Shown piece by piece: positions 30,541 to 41,100 of a stretch of DNA of 61,093 nt. Made by a program: the position numbers and the translations under genes. Each line of letters begins with the position of its first letter. Position 1 is the first letter of the stretch. A model generated the notes under the pieces. It saw only the letters and a list, made by a program, of their open reading frames with translations. It was not told the origin of the DNA and ran no database searches. The DNA lies in the IMG/VR virus record IMGVR_UViG_3300044716_000219, positions 1 to 61,093 of that record. One strand, given 5' to 3'. This stretch comes from a virus (taxonomy: Duplodnaviria > Caudoviricetes).

Positions 30541-30716
30541 ACGGCTTCGCCAGACAACAAATGGACATTGGTAGTAAACAACCAATACACCAACTAAAAC
30601 TTTGCAACAAATGCGAAGAGAAAAGACCGCCCGAAGGCGGCATTCAAATGAACCCAAGCAAGTGGTATTGCGCTTCGTGCTGGGCCAAGCGAGTCACCGT
30701 TAGAAACCTTAAGTAA
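30537..30716 (+). CDS. Small zinc-finger protein, 59 aa; not in ORF track
   Basis: Manual translation: CNKC...WYCASC. Confidence 0.65.
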   Translation: MNGFARQQMDIGSKQPIHQLKLCNKCEEKRPPEGGIQMNPSKWYCASCWAKRVTVRNLK

Positions 30717-30730
30717 CCACAAGGAGCATC

Positions 30731-30952
30731 ATGGACAATCCAAACGAAATGCAAGTGGGCGGCAGTCATTACAAAGACATGCCAGTACAGCCATGGGAAG
30801 TCATGGAAGCCGTACTCACACCTGAAGAATTCAGAGGATTCCTCAAGGGCAATGTCATCAAGTACTCGATGCGAGCAGGCCGCAAGGAAGGTAGTGACGA
30901 TGCAGGCAAGGCGTACCACTACAGGATGAAACTCAAAGAGGTGCAGTCATGA
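30731..30952 (+). CDS. DUF3310 (SaV-like) protein
   Basis: QVGGSHY...GFLKGNVIKY..RAGRK. Confidence 0.85.
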   Translation: MDNPNEMQVGGSHYKDMPVQPWEVMEAVLTPEEFRGFLKGNVIKYSMRAGRKEGSDDAGKAYHYRMKLKEVQS

Positions 30953-31257
30953 GTCTGCTAGGCGCACTAATCGGCAGTACCACTGGTGGTTTGTTTGCGG
31001 CTTCTCAGGCACAACAGAATGTCGCCATAGGGCAGGCACAACTACACGGCTCATCAGTTCACTACTCCGACAAGCCACGCATGAAGAACAAAACACTTTT
31101 CAGCGGGCGTATTGAAGTACAGCAAGTGAGCAACGGCTACATCGTCAACATCGCAACGCGAGAAGGCTATGAGTTCGACACGCACATCGCGGCAACTGTC
31201 AAAGATGTTAACGACATCATCTCCACAGCAATCGTGGCATTCCAACTGGAGGCTTAA
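30949..31257 (+). CDS. Hypothetical protein
   Basis: Coupled ORF. Confidence 0.7.
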   Translation: MSLLGALIGSTTGGLFAASQAQQNVAIGQAQLHGSSVHYSDKPRMKNKTLFSGRIEVQQVSNGYIVNIATREGYEFDTHIAATVKDVNDIISTAIVAFQLEA

Positions 31258-33209
31258 TGAAGCCAATATACCTAGACTTTGAGACGTACTGGGATGCAAC
31301 CCACACGCTCTCTCGTATGTCACCAACTGAGTACATACAACACCCTGATACAGAAATCATCTCGGTGTCGATCAAGGAAGGCGACGAGCCAACCTATGTC
31401 CTGTTTGGTGAAGACAACATTCGCAAGCACATGCAGGCAATGGACTGGTCAGACGCAATGGCTATCGGTCATAACATGTCTGGCTTTGACGCAATGATCC
31501 TTGCATGGCGCTTGGGTATCAATCCTAAGATGTACGGGTGTACGGCTGCAATGGCACGTTCCAAGTACTCTAAGACCTCTGTGTTCTTTGGTGGCAAAAA
31601 CCTTACAGGCGTGTCACTCAAGAAGCTAGCCGCTGAGTTTGGTATCGGTGCAAAGCTAGACCTTGAAGCTACCAACACCAAAGGCAAACACCTCGTCAAC
31701 TTCAGCGAAGATGAGATCGCCGCAATGGAGGAGTACAACAAGGTCGATACTGATCTGTGTGCAAAGCTGTTCAAGCAATTGGCCAAGGGATTCCCGAAGC
31801 AGGAGCTGGTGTTGATAGACATGACTACACGCATGCTTGTCGAGCCGCAGTTTGAATTGGATAAGCCCAAGGTTAAGCTAGCTCTACAACAAGTCAAAGT
31901 AGACAAGCGCGAGTCTTTACTTGCGTTGGCTAAAGCCTTAGACATTGGCACGTTTGCAGCTAGCGCCCTTGAAGGTAATAGCATGGAAGAAACTGTGCGT
32001 AGCGAGTTGGCATCAGCCGCCAAGTTCGGTGCGTTACTGGAGAAGCTCGGTGTTGAAATACCCATGAAGGTATCGCCAACTAACCCAGCCAAGATGACAC
32101 AGGCACTGGCTAAGACAGACGAGGCGTTCATAGCCCTACAAACGCATAAAAACCCCCTTGTAGCCGCCGCAGCTATGGCTAGGCTAGAAGTTAAGTCTAC
32201 GCTGTTAGAAACGCGCCTAGAGGCTTTTATCAAGGCCGCTAATGTATGCGACGGCAAGATACCCGTGCCGCTCAAGTACGCTGGTGCAGACACTACAGGC
32301 AGATGGTCGGGTGAGCAGTACAACATGCAGAACTTACCTCGCATCGGCCCATCACCTAGACCATCAGATGCGTTGCGCATGTCGCTCCGGGCTCCCGAGG
32401 GCTACAAGATCATCGTGTCCGATCTGTCGGGTATCGAGTTGCGTGTCAACATGTTCTTATGGAAGGTTCCCTATGCTATCGAATTATTTAAGGCCAGCCC
32501 TGATAAAGCAGACTTGTACAAGTACTTTGCTGCGAACAATCTCTACCGAATTGAGGAGAGTCAAGTCACCAAAACCCAACGTCAAGTTGGCAAGGTCGCA
32601 CATCTTGGGCTGGGGTTCGGCGCAGGCGGCGCTACGTTCCAAAAGGTTGCGAAGCTAATGGGCGGTGTGGACATGGACTTGCAGGAAGCTACAAAGGTAG
32701 TAACCGCATATCGCGACGCACACTCCGAGATTGCCGATGGGTGGAAGGCGTTTCAAAGCAACCTCACCAATATCAAGCAAGGCATCGAGTCATCCATCGA
32801 TCCATGGGGCATGTGCGTTACAGAGAAGAACGCAGTTCGCTTGCCATCAGGTCGTTGCATCTACTACCCTGACTTGAAACAAGAACGTGATGACAACGGC
32901 AAGCTTGAATGGTGGTATGGCAACGGTCGCACTCGCGCTCGCATCTATGCAGGAAAGGGTGTAGAGAATTTAGTTCAAGCACTTGCACGAGATGTCATTG
33001 CCGAGCATGCAGTCAAGTTCTTTAAGGCTACCGGTATGCGGCCAGCACTCACGGTGCATGACGAGCTTGTGTATGTAGTTCCAGAAGATTCCGCAGAGTC
33101 TCACTTAGACACATTGCAGAGCATCATGCGTCAAGGCGTGTCATGGTGGCCCGAGTTGGTGACGTGGTCTGAAGGTGATATTGCAAGCTGTTATGGCGAA
33201 GCAAAATAG
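31257..33209 (+). CDS. Family A DNA polymerase with 3'-5' exonuclease
   Basis: Exo I DFET; TTGRWS; motif A DLSGIELR; motif B RQVGKVAHLGLGFG; motif C VHDE. Confidence 0.93.
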   Translation: MKPIYLDFETYWDATHTLSRMSPTEYIQHPDTEIISVSIKEGDEPTYVLFGEDNIRKHMQAMDWSDAMAIGHNMSGFDAMILAWRLGINPKMYGCTAAMARSKYSKTSVFFGGKNLTGVSLKKLAAEFGIGAKLDLEATNTKGKHLVNFSEDEIAAMEEYNKVDTDLCAKLFKQLAKGFPKQELVLIDMTTRMLVEPQFELDKPKVKLALQQVKVDKRESLLALAKALDIGTFAASALEGNSMEETVRSELASAAKFGALLEKLGVEIPMKVSPTNPAKMTQALAKTDEAFIALQTHKNPLVAAAAMARLEVKSTLLETRLEAFIKAANVCDGKIPVPLKYAGADTTGRWSGEQYNMQNLPRIGPSPRPSDALRMSLRAPEGYKIIVSDLSGIELRVNMFLWKVPYAIELFKASPDKADLYKYFAANNLYRIEESQVTKTQRQVGKVAHLGLGFGAGGATFQKVAKLMGGVDMDLQEATKVVTAYRDAHSEIADGWKAFQSNLTNIKQGIESSIDPWGMCVTEKNAVRLPSGRCIYYPDLKQERDDNGKLEWWYGNGRTRARIYAGKGVENLVQALARDVIAEHAVKFFKATGMRPALTVHDELVYVVPEDSAESHLDTLQSIMRQGVSWWPELVTWSEGDIASCYGEAK

Positions 33210-33211
33210 TG

Positions 33212-33239
33212 TTGACGAATCGCAGAAACCTGTTAAAGT
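33212..33239 (+). promoter_or_regulatory. Sigma70-like promoter
   Basis: TTGACG-16 bp-TAAAGT with extended -10 TG. Confidence 0.5.
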
Positions 33240-33307
33240 GGGGTCTAACAACCACGAGTCTCCAAGCAACGAATGTCGCTTTGGGGGCGAAACCCTATGG
33301 AGCAAGC

Positions 33308-33961
33308 ATGGCTAACCCAGCTTGGACTTATTCGCAACTAGACACGTTTGAAACGTGCCCGAAGAAGTTCTATCACCTTAAAGTAATCCGCGATATTGTG
33401 GAACCCCCAACGATTCACACCGAGTGGGGAACCAAAGTGCATACGGCATTTGAGAACTTCATCTTGCATGGAGAACTCTTGCCCGAAGGCATGACACAGT
33501 GGCAACCACTGGCTGACAAACTTGCAGCGCTCAAGGGTGCGAAGTTTCCTGAAAGGCAATACGCTGTTGACAGAGACTTCCAACCTTGCGACTGGAAGAA
33601 CGCATGGACACGAGGCATCGCAGACCTTGTTGTGATCTCAGGTAAGAACGCCGCCGTCATGGACTACAAGACTGGTAAGCGTAAGCCCACAGAACAACTT
33701 GATCTGTATGCCGCCTATGTGTTTCACCATCACCCCGAAGTACAGAAGGTAACGACTGGCTTCGTGTGGCTCAAGGAAAAGAAGATCGACTGGCAAGTGC
33801 GTGAGCGTGCAGACCTTGCAGGTATATGGCAGAACCTACTGCCGCGAGTACGCAAACTTGAATCAGCATACGAGCGTGATTCATGGCCAGCTAAAACATC
33901 AGGCTTGTGTAAGGCGTGGTGCCCTGTGACATCGTGTGACTTTAACGGGAGGAAGACATGA
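33308..33961 (+). CDS. PD-(D/E)XK Cas4/RecB-like exonuclease
   Basis: CPKKF; GTKVH; D..DYKTG; C..CP...C. Confidence 0.88.
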   Translation: MANPAWTYSQLDTFETCPKKFYHLKVIRDIVEPPTIHTEWGTKVHTAFENFILHGELLPEGMTQWQPLADKLAALKGAKFPERQYAVDRDFQPCDWKNAWTRGIADLVVISGKNAAVMDYKTGKRKPTEQLDLYAAYVFHHHPEVQKVTTGFVWLKEKKIDWQVRERADLAGIWQNLLPRVRKLESAYERDSWPAKTSGLCKAWCPVTSCDFNGRKT

Positions 33962-34245
33962 CATACGACGAACGAAAAAAGAAATGGTGGGCTTGGCATA
34001 AAGACAATCCCGATGTGTGGAATTACTTTCAACGCTTCAGCATGGAAGCTGTTGCCAAGAATCGAAAGAAGATTAGCCACTGGCTTGTTGTTAATCGCAT
34101 CCGCTGGGAAACAAACATCATCACTACTGGCGAAGACTTCAAGATCAGTAATGACTACATTGCGTTCTACGCTCGCCTGTGGAAAGTTAAGTATCCGCAG
34201 TACGCAGACTTGTTTACGACCAAGCGCATGAAGGGCGAACATTAA
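33958..34245 (+). CDS. Hypothetical protein
   Basis: Coupled; RIRWE...FKISNDYIAFYAR. Confidence 0.7.
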   Translation: MTYDERKKKWWAWHKDNPDVWNYFQRFSMEAVAKNRKKISHWLVVNRIRWETNIITTGEDFKISNDYIAFYARLWKVKYPQYADLFTTKRMKGEH

Positions 34246-34577
34246 TGACACCCGAAGGAAAAGTTAAGGAAGCTTGCAAGAAGTTCCTTAGAGAACGCAA
34301 AGCATTTTTCTTTATGCCTGTGTCCAACGGTATGGGTCAAGTCGGTATCCCTGACATCATCATTTGCTATCGAGGCGTCTTTGTCGCCATTGAGACAAAA
34401 GCTCCGGGCAAACGTAACAATGTAACTGACAATCAGAAAAGAATCATGGAGAATATACGAGACGCCGATGGCTTTGCATGGGTAGTAGATGACCCAGCAG
34501 ACCTTGGTGCTTTGTTTAACGCCATAGATGCATACTTAGTATTGGAGCCCCGAAATGCCAGCCTCAAGCAAACGTAA
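34245..34577 (+). CDS. VRR-NUC nuclease
   Basis: TPEGKVK; GIPD; AIETK; Q motif. Confidence 0.88.
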   Translation: MTPEGKVKEACKKFLRERKAFFFMPVSNGMGQVGIPDIIICYRGVFVAIETKAPGKRNNVTDNQKRIMENIRDADGFAWVVDDPADLGALFNAIDAYLVLEPRNASLKQT

Positions 34578-34821
34578 ACTGGAATATCAAAAAGCATACA
34601 ACGCACGGCCTGAAGAAGTAGCCAAGCGTGTGAAGAACAACGCCGCACGACGCGAAGCTATCAAAGATGGCAAGGCTCGTGTAGGTGATGGCAAAGACGT
34701 TGCACACAAGAAGTCACTGGAGAACGGTGGCGGTAATCACAAATCAAATGTGGCTGTGCAAGATAGATCAACCAACAGAGGATGGAGGAAAGGGAGCGGC
34801 TCCTATAACCCTGACAAGTAA
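34555..34821 (+). CDS. HNH-like small protein
   Basis: KDVAHKKSL..GG.N..SN......NR. Confidence 0.65.
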   Translation: MPASSKRKLEYQKAYNARPEEVAKRVKNNAARREAIKDGKARVGDGKDVAHKKSLENGGGNHKSNVAVQDRSTNRGWRKGSGSYNPDK

Positions 34822-36389
34822 TGCAGATTCACAAAGAAAAAAAGGCGGTCATCCTCCGCCTAAAAAATCCAAGTCGGGTGACAACAGTTATACCGACAGC
34901 TATCGAAGTAGACCACAAAGGACAACGGCTTGTAGCCGTTCCACACCGCCCCGACGAAACTCGGGTGTTAAGAAACTTAGGCTTTGAGATTCCTGATCCC
35001 ATGCCTATGCACTATGCGTTTCCTAAAGTCAGCGGCAAGCACGAACCGTTTGCTGCACAGAGGGAGACTGCATCGTTTTTGTCCATGCACAGTAGGGCGT
35101 TTTGCTTGAACGGTATGGGCACTGGCAAGACCAACAGCGCACTGTGGGCGTATGACTACATGCGTCGCACAAAGATCGTGAACAAGGTTTTGATTGTGTG
35201 CCCGCTCTCTACTATGGAACGCACATGGGCTGACTCTGTGTTCAACACCTTTCCGCATCTCGATGCGGTAGTATTACACGGAACACGCGACAAGCGCTTG
35301 AAGCTCTTGAAGGAGGATGTACACATCTACATCATCAACATCGATGGCTTGACCACGATCAAAGACGACCTTGCCAAGCGACCTGACATTGATCTGATTG
35401 TTGTGGATGAGCTAGCCCTTGCACGGAACTCAAGCACCGAGCGATGGAAGACACTGAACACAATCTGCAACAGACAATCTGTTCGTCGAGTCTGGGGTAT
35501 GACAGGATCACCAACACCCAATGCACCAACAGATGCGTGGGCACAGTGCAAATTGATTACACCCGACAACACAAGTGTGCCTAAATACTTCGGTGCGTTT
35601 CGTGATCGTGTAATGCGACAGTTGACACAGTTCAAGTGGGCAGCGCGACCCGAGGCTAACGACGTGATCTATCAGATGATGCAGCCAGCCATTCGGTTTT
35701 CGCTTGACGACTGTACTGACTTGCCTGAGCAGATGTTCATTACACGCGAAGTTGAGATGACACCCGAGCAGAAGAAGGCTTACAAGGACATGCTGTCTAA
35801 GCTAACAGCAGAGTACGCCGGCGGTCAAATCTTGGCTGTGAACGAAGCGATCAAAGCAAACAAGCTAATTCAAATAGCCTGCGGTGTCGCGTATGGGACA
35901 GATGGGGTGGAGGTAGTTATCCCATCTAAGCCTAGAATAGATGTACTCAAAGAAATCATTGAAGAGTCTGAAGGCAAAGTAATTGTGTTTGTGCCATTGA
36001 CTGGCGCTCTTGAACACGTAGCCGCAGAGCTACGCAAGGACTGGTCTGTGGAAATTGTCCATGGCGGCACTAGCAAGAACGAACGCGATCAGATTTTTTC
36101 AAACTTTCAACGAGGGTTTGACCCGAGAGTATTGGTGGCAAATGCAGCTACCATGTCACACGGGCTAACGCTAACAGCGGCAACTACCATCGTATGGTAC
36201 GCACCGGTGCATAGCAATGAGATTTACGAACAGGCTTGCGCTAGGGTTAGACGCCCCGGCCAGACCAAGACCACTGTGATTGTGCATATCGCAGGCACAG
36301 ACGTCGAAAGACGAGTTTACAAACGGCTGCAGGACAAACAGTCTATGCAGGGATTGCTACTTGAAATGATGAAAGACCAACCGGAATAG
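34821..36389 (+). CDS. SNF2-family helicase
   Basis: GTGKT; VVDE; TGSP; HGLTL; QACARVRRPGQ. Confidence 0.92.
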   Translation: MQIHKEKKAVILRLKNPSRVTTVIPTAIEVDHKGQRLVAVPHRPDETRVLRNLGFEIPDPMPMHYAFPKVSGKHEPFAAQRETASFLSMHSRAFCLNGMGTGKTNSALWAYDYMRRTKIVNKVLIVCPLSTMERTWADSVFNTFPHLDAVVLHGTRDKRLKLLKEDVHIYIINIDGLTTIKDDLAKRPDIDLIVVDELALARNSSTERWKTLNTICNRQSVRRVWGMTGSPTPNAPTDAWAQCKLITPDNTSVPKYFGAFRDRVMRQLTQFKWAARPEANDVIYQMMQPAIRFSLDDCTDLPEQMFITREVEMTPEQKKAYKDMLSKLTAEYAGGQILAVNEAIKANKLIQIACGVAYGTDGVEVVIPSKPRIDVLKEIIEESEGKVIVFVPLTGALEHVAAELRKDWSVEIVHGGTSKNERDQIFSNFQRGFDPRVLVANAATMSHGLTLTAATTIVWYAPVHSNEIYEQACARVRRPGQTKTTVIVHIAGTDVERRVYKRLQDKQSMQGLLLEMMKDQPE

Positions 36390-36446
36390 GAGGCTCTATC
36401 GAATACCGAACCCATACCCCATTCAACCACAAACAAAGGATACAAA

Positions 36447-36830
36447 ATGAAACTCTCAGATGCAGTCAGCCTGTACATAAAGATGCGGGACAAGAAAGCA
36501 CAGATGAAAGCAGAGTTTGATGCCAGTGTCGCTCCTCTAAACGAGAAGATGGAAAAGCTAGAAGCCAAGCTGCTAGACGTTTTCAACAAGACCGGCATGG
36601 ACTCAGTCAAGACCGAATTCGGAACAGCGTATACCACGACTCGCGTCACTGCAAGCGTGGCAGATCGAGATATTTTTATGACCCATGTCAGGGAAAACGA
36701 TGACTGGGCGCTGTTGGAAGTTCGTGCTTCTAAATCTGCTGTTGAACAGTACCGTGAAAACAACAATGACTTACCCCCGGGGATATCTATGCGTGAAGAA
36801 CGTGTAGTAAATGTCCGCCGTTCGTCGTAA
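36447..36830 (+). CDS. Conserved replication-module protein
   Basis: Coiled coil plus SVKTEFGTAY; LPPGI. Confidence 0.7.
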   Translation: MKLSDAVSLYIKMRDKKAQMKAEFDASVAPLNEKMEKLEAKLLDVFNKTGMDSVKTEFGTAYTTTRVTASVADRDIFMTHVRENDDWALLEVRASKSAVEQYRENNNDLPPGISMREERVVNVRRSS

Positions 36831-36858
36831 ACTCTTTCCCCCAACCACTGAAAAAACC

Positions 36859-37758
36859 ATGAATATCATTCCATTTGACTCCGGCTCCAACCTGCCTTCA
36901 TTCTTGAAAAACGTTGACCGTGCAAACCTAAACGCAGATTTAATTGCACACGCCAGTAGCGGCTTCCCCGTAATCTCCATCAAGGGCAAAGTGTTTGCAG
37001 TTGTCCGCGACGGTGAGCGTGAGTTGCAGATGAACCCGAAAGACCCTGACAGCGCAGCTACCAGCCTGAACGTGGTGTTGTTAAAAGTCAACAAGAGCGC
37101 CAGCAAGGTGTTCTACCTCAAGGGCTACGACAAAGATACAAGCGAAGGCCAAAAGCCTGACTGCTACTCCAACGACGGTATCGAGCCTGCAGCCGATGCT
37201 CAGAACAAGCAAGCCAAGAAGTGCGCAACCTGTGCTCACAATCAGTGGGGCTCTCGTATCAGCGAGCGAGGTGCTACTAAGGGTAAGGCATGTTCCGATG
37301 CAGTTCGTATGGCTGTAGCCCCCGCTGGCCAGCTTAACGACGCTATGCTGTTGCGCCTCCCTCCCGCGTCCATCAAGGCGATTGGTGAGTACGGTCAGAT
37401 GTTGGCCAAGCGCGGTGTTGAGGCTCACATGGTTGTTACCAAGGTAGGCTTTGACTTGCAAGCTGAGTCACCCAAGCTGACATTCAGCGCGGTTGGTTTG
37501 CTGGACGACGAAGGCTTTGCCGAAGTTCAAGAAATGCGCCGAGCTGACATTGTTGCTAGCATCCTCGGTAGTACACCCAATGCTGGTGAGTACACCCCCG
37601 CTCTCGAAGTCGAGGAAGCTCCCGCCCCTAAAGCTGCACCAAAGGAAGAAGCGCCTGCGCCCAAAGCCGAGGTGAAAGCCAAGCCCGCTAAAGCCAAGCC
37701 TGCTCCAGTTGAGGACGATCTCGACCTCGATCTCGACGGTATCAGCTTCGACGACTAA
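36859..37758 (+). CDS. Putative ssDNA-binding/annealing protein
   Basis: PDCYS, CATC and GKAC motifs; acidic tail DDLDLDLDGISFDD. Confidence 0.7.
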   Translation: MNIIPFDSGSNLPSFLKNVDRANLNADLIAHASSGFPVISIKGKVFAVVRDGERELQMNPKDPDSAATSLNVVLLKVNKSASKVFYLKGYDKDTSEGQKPDCYSNDGIEPAADAQNKQAKKCATCAHNQWGSRISERGATKGKACSDAVRMAVAPAGQLNDAMLLRLPPASIKAIGEYGQMLAKRGVEAHMVVTKVGFDLQAESPKLTFSAVGLLDDEGFAEVQEMRRADIVASILGSTPNAGEYTPALEVEEAPAPKAAPKEEAPAPKAEVKAKPAKAKPAPVEDDLDLDLDGISFDD

Positions 37759-37811
37759 GCAACTCAACGGGGCTTCGGCCCCAACTTCTCCCCCACTAAC
37801 TAGGAAATCAA

Positions 37812-38027
37812 ATGAACTACTCAATCAAATTGGAAATGAACCTCGACGCTAACGCTCTGCAAGTGTTGCTCCGTACTTTAGATGCTGGCCCTCACGGTCT
37901 GATGCGCGGCATGATCGACAACATCATTCAACAAGCTCAAGCTCAAGAGAACGAAGCACGAGCCAAGGCTGAAGCTGCACCCACAGACGTAGTTGACGGC
38001 ATGCCTGTCAGCCCACTACCCAACTAA
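37812..38027 (+). CDS. Hypothetical protein
   Basis: AGGA SD. Confidence 0.7.
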   Translation: MNYSIKLEMNLDANALQVLLRTLDAGPHGLMRGMIDNIIQQAQAQENEARAKAEAAPTDVVDGMPVSPLPN

Positions 38028-38049
38028 ACGACGATTAATTCAATCGGGG

Positions 38050-38072
38050 AGCCCGTGCGCGGGCTTTCTTTC
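38050..38072 (+). terminator. Possible terminator
   Basis: AGCCCG-TGCG-CGGGCT followed by TTCTTT. Confidence 0.5.
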
Positions 38073-38123
38073 GTTTAAATGGAGTAGTCATGAGTTGCAA
38101 AAATACAACAGCCGGAGGTTACG

Positions 38124-41100
38124 ATGGATGCTCTTGAGTTCCTCCGCACAATCCTGCCCGAATACGGCATCCACTACCTGACGCTTTTTACTAAAGACGT
38201 CAATCCAAAGACGAACAAGCCTTACACGTACCACAAGTTTTACCTAAGCTTGGAAGAGATGGCGGATGCCATCCCGCACTGGGAGAATGATCCTAAGTTC
38301 GTGGCGACGTACCATGCTTGCGCGTCCTACCTAAAGCCATACATTGAAGTTGAGAAAGACGGCGAGACTCGTAAGAAGTATCGCGTCGAAGAGAACTGGG
38401 ATCGTGCTAAATCCTTTTGGATTGACATTGACTGCGGTCAAAAGAAACATGACACCGGTCAAGGCTACCTGACACAGATGGATGGCGTCAAAGCCATTGC
38501 GGCATTTGCCAAAAAGGTGGGTTTACCCCGCCCTATGATCGTGGACTCCGGTAACGGTATCCATGCGTACTGGCCATTGACCAAAGACATCAGTCACACT
38601 AAGTGGGTCATGGTTGCTAAGTGGCTCAAGTCATGCCTAGCGCACGAGGGTGTCCTAGCAGATTCGTCACGCACTGCTGATTTTGCAAGCATCTTGCGCC
38701 CTGTTGGGTCAGCAAACCGTAAGGGTGATGCCAAGGATGTGAAGGTTCGCTCGACATGCCAGCCCATTGAGCCCGCAGAATTTGCCCAAGCCCTACAAAG
38801 TTTCGTGGCTGAGAACGATGTCAAACTCATCAAGGAGTCTGTCAAGAAGACTTACAACACCGATCTGAATTCAGACCTAACGGCTCACTTGCCTACATAT
38901 CCTGACGTACCTGTAGACGCCAACGAGATGGCCAATAAATGCCTCCAAGCGGCTGCTATGCGTGACTCTAAGGGTGACGTAGGGTACGAGCCTTGGCGTG
39001 GTGTTATCGGCTTGCTTAAGTACTGTGAGAACGGCGAGACGCTGGCCGAGGAATGGAGCTCTGACCGTGACGCTACCGGCCACGATCAAGTGGACTGGCA
39101 GAACAAATACAACACATGGGAAGCTGGCCCAACACGTTGCTCATTTTTTGAGCAGCACAACAGCCCGGGCTGTGTAGGCTGTGAGTTCAAAGGCAAGGTC
39201 AACACCCCATTGGTGTTAGGTAGGGTAATCCCTATAGTCGAAGAATCTACCGCTGAGATCGTTACAGACGAAGGCGTTGTAGAGGAAGCTGCCATACCTG
39301 CTCTACCATACGGCTATGTATGGGATGGTAAATTGCTTAGCCGTCTGCTCCCGGACAAGGAGGGCGTGTTACAACCCCTGCCATTCTGTGAGAACTTGTT
39401 CTACCCGACCAGCCGTATTCGCACCGAAGATGGTACGTTTCGGTATGGCATGCGATTCCACTTGCCCGACAAGCGCATCCGCGACTTTGACATCTTAGGG
39501 GAATCAGTTGCTTCGTCGACAGACTTACTACGGGCTTTGGCTCGGTATGAGTTGACAAAGAGTAACCACAAAAACGCAGGAGACCACATGTCTGCATACT
39601 TGCTTGACCAGTTGCAAGCATTGAAGCGACGCATCGCTGAGACCAACACCCTCACAACCTTTGGTTGGCGGGATCAACACAAAGCATTCTTGCTTGGTGA
39701 CAAGCTGTTTACTAAGGGAGCCGAGCCGATTGAAGTATTGATTGGCGGCAATGCCAAAGAGAAAGCCAACACGTTTACACCCAACAACGGATCGATTGAA
39801 GGCTACGCTGAAGCCCTGAACTTTCTTTACAACCGAGAAGGTGCGACACACTGGCAGTACACGATCTGCGCAGGCTGGGGTTCTTTGTTGGCGCATCATT
39901 GCGAGGACTTGTACAAGGGGCTCATTTTGGCGTTGCAGGGTGGAAACACCGCTCGCGGTAAGACGACTGTCTGCCATGCAGCACTTGCTGCGTTTGGCAA
40001 TCCTGAGAAGCTGACTTTAGGTTCCAAGGATGGTTTTACTACCAACGCTTTGTGGGCGACGCTTGGGGTGTTCAACAACATTCCGGTGCTTGCTGACGAG
40101 ATGACGAGCATTGACCCTGCAATTTTTAGTGATGTGGCTTATGGCGTGTCGAACGGCAAAGAAAAAGTTCGCATGACTTCTAAGAGCGGGAGTGTGGTGT
40201 TTGCGAAGTCTGCTGAATGGCGGCTTAACTTGTACGTCACTGGCAACAAAGATTTCCACGGCACACTGGCTGCTCACCAAGCCAACTCGCAAGCTGAAGC
40301 TGTTCGTCTAATCCAAGTCAACATCGATCGGTATCCTCCGCTGGTATTGGCTGACCGTTCTCTGTACCCTGAAGGCGAATCTGGCGACACCGCTTGGAAC
40401 GCTGCCTCTGCATTGGTTGCTGCCGAACACATTAAACGCATGACACAGAACAGTGGCCATGCCGGTGCTGCCATGATTAAGTACATCTTGGATAACGAGG
40501 CATCGGTTGCCAAGGCTATGACGGATATGATTACCCGCTTCACGCAGGTTCTCCCAAATCCCAAGTACCGGTTCTACCGCGCTCATAGTGCGTGTACGAT
40601 TGTTGCTGCTCAGATCGCCAAGAAGTTGGGCATCATTGATTTTGATGTCAAAGAGCTGTATGCATTTACAGTTAACTTGATTGTCGAACTGGCCGACTCG
40701 GTCATGGAAAGTAACTCCATCTCATCAGAGGATGCATTCTCTAGTGTGGTCAGCTACCTTGCCCCGCGCATCATTACAACCACAGAGTACCGTGACAAGC
40801 GCGACGGTAGAGGCCCTGAGTCTCCACGCACTCGTATCATGGGTGAAGTGGCAGGACGGTATGTGCTTGGTTCAGCAAACCATAAAGAGCACGCCGGTCA
40901 CTTGATCTTGTCACAGAAAGAAGTACGCGACTGGTGTATGAAACACCGAATGGATTATCCTGCGCTGATAAGTTCCTTGCAGAAGGAGGGCGCATTGGTG
41001 AAGCAGGGTGAGAAGTTTACGCTGACTCGAGGTACAGACTACCCGATGGTACAGCAGCGATGCATTATTGTGGACTTACTTAAGCTCGACAAAGACGCAG

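Noticed and set aside
31469-32380. 303-aa antisense ORF and other long opposite-strand ORFs (e.g. 47615-48367, 59579-60301)
   Set aside because: Shadows of well-supported genes, with no recognisable motifs
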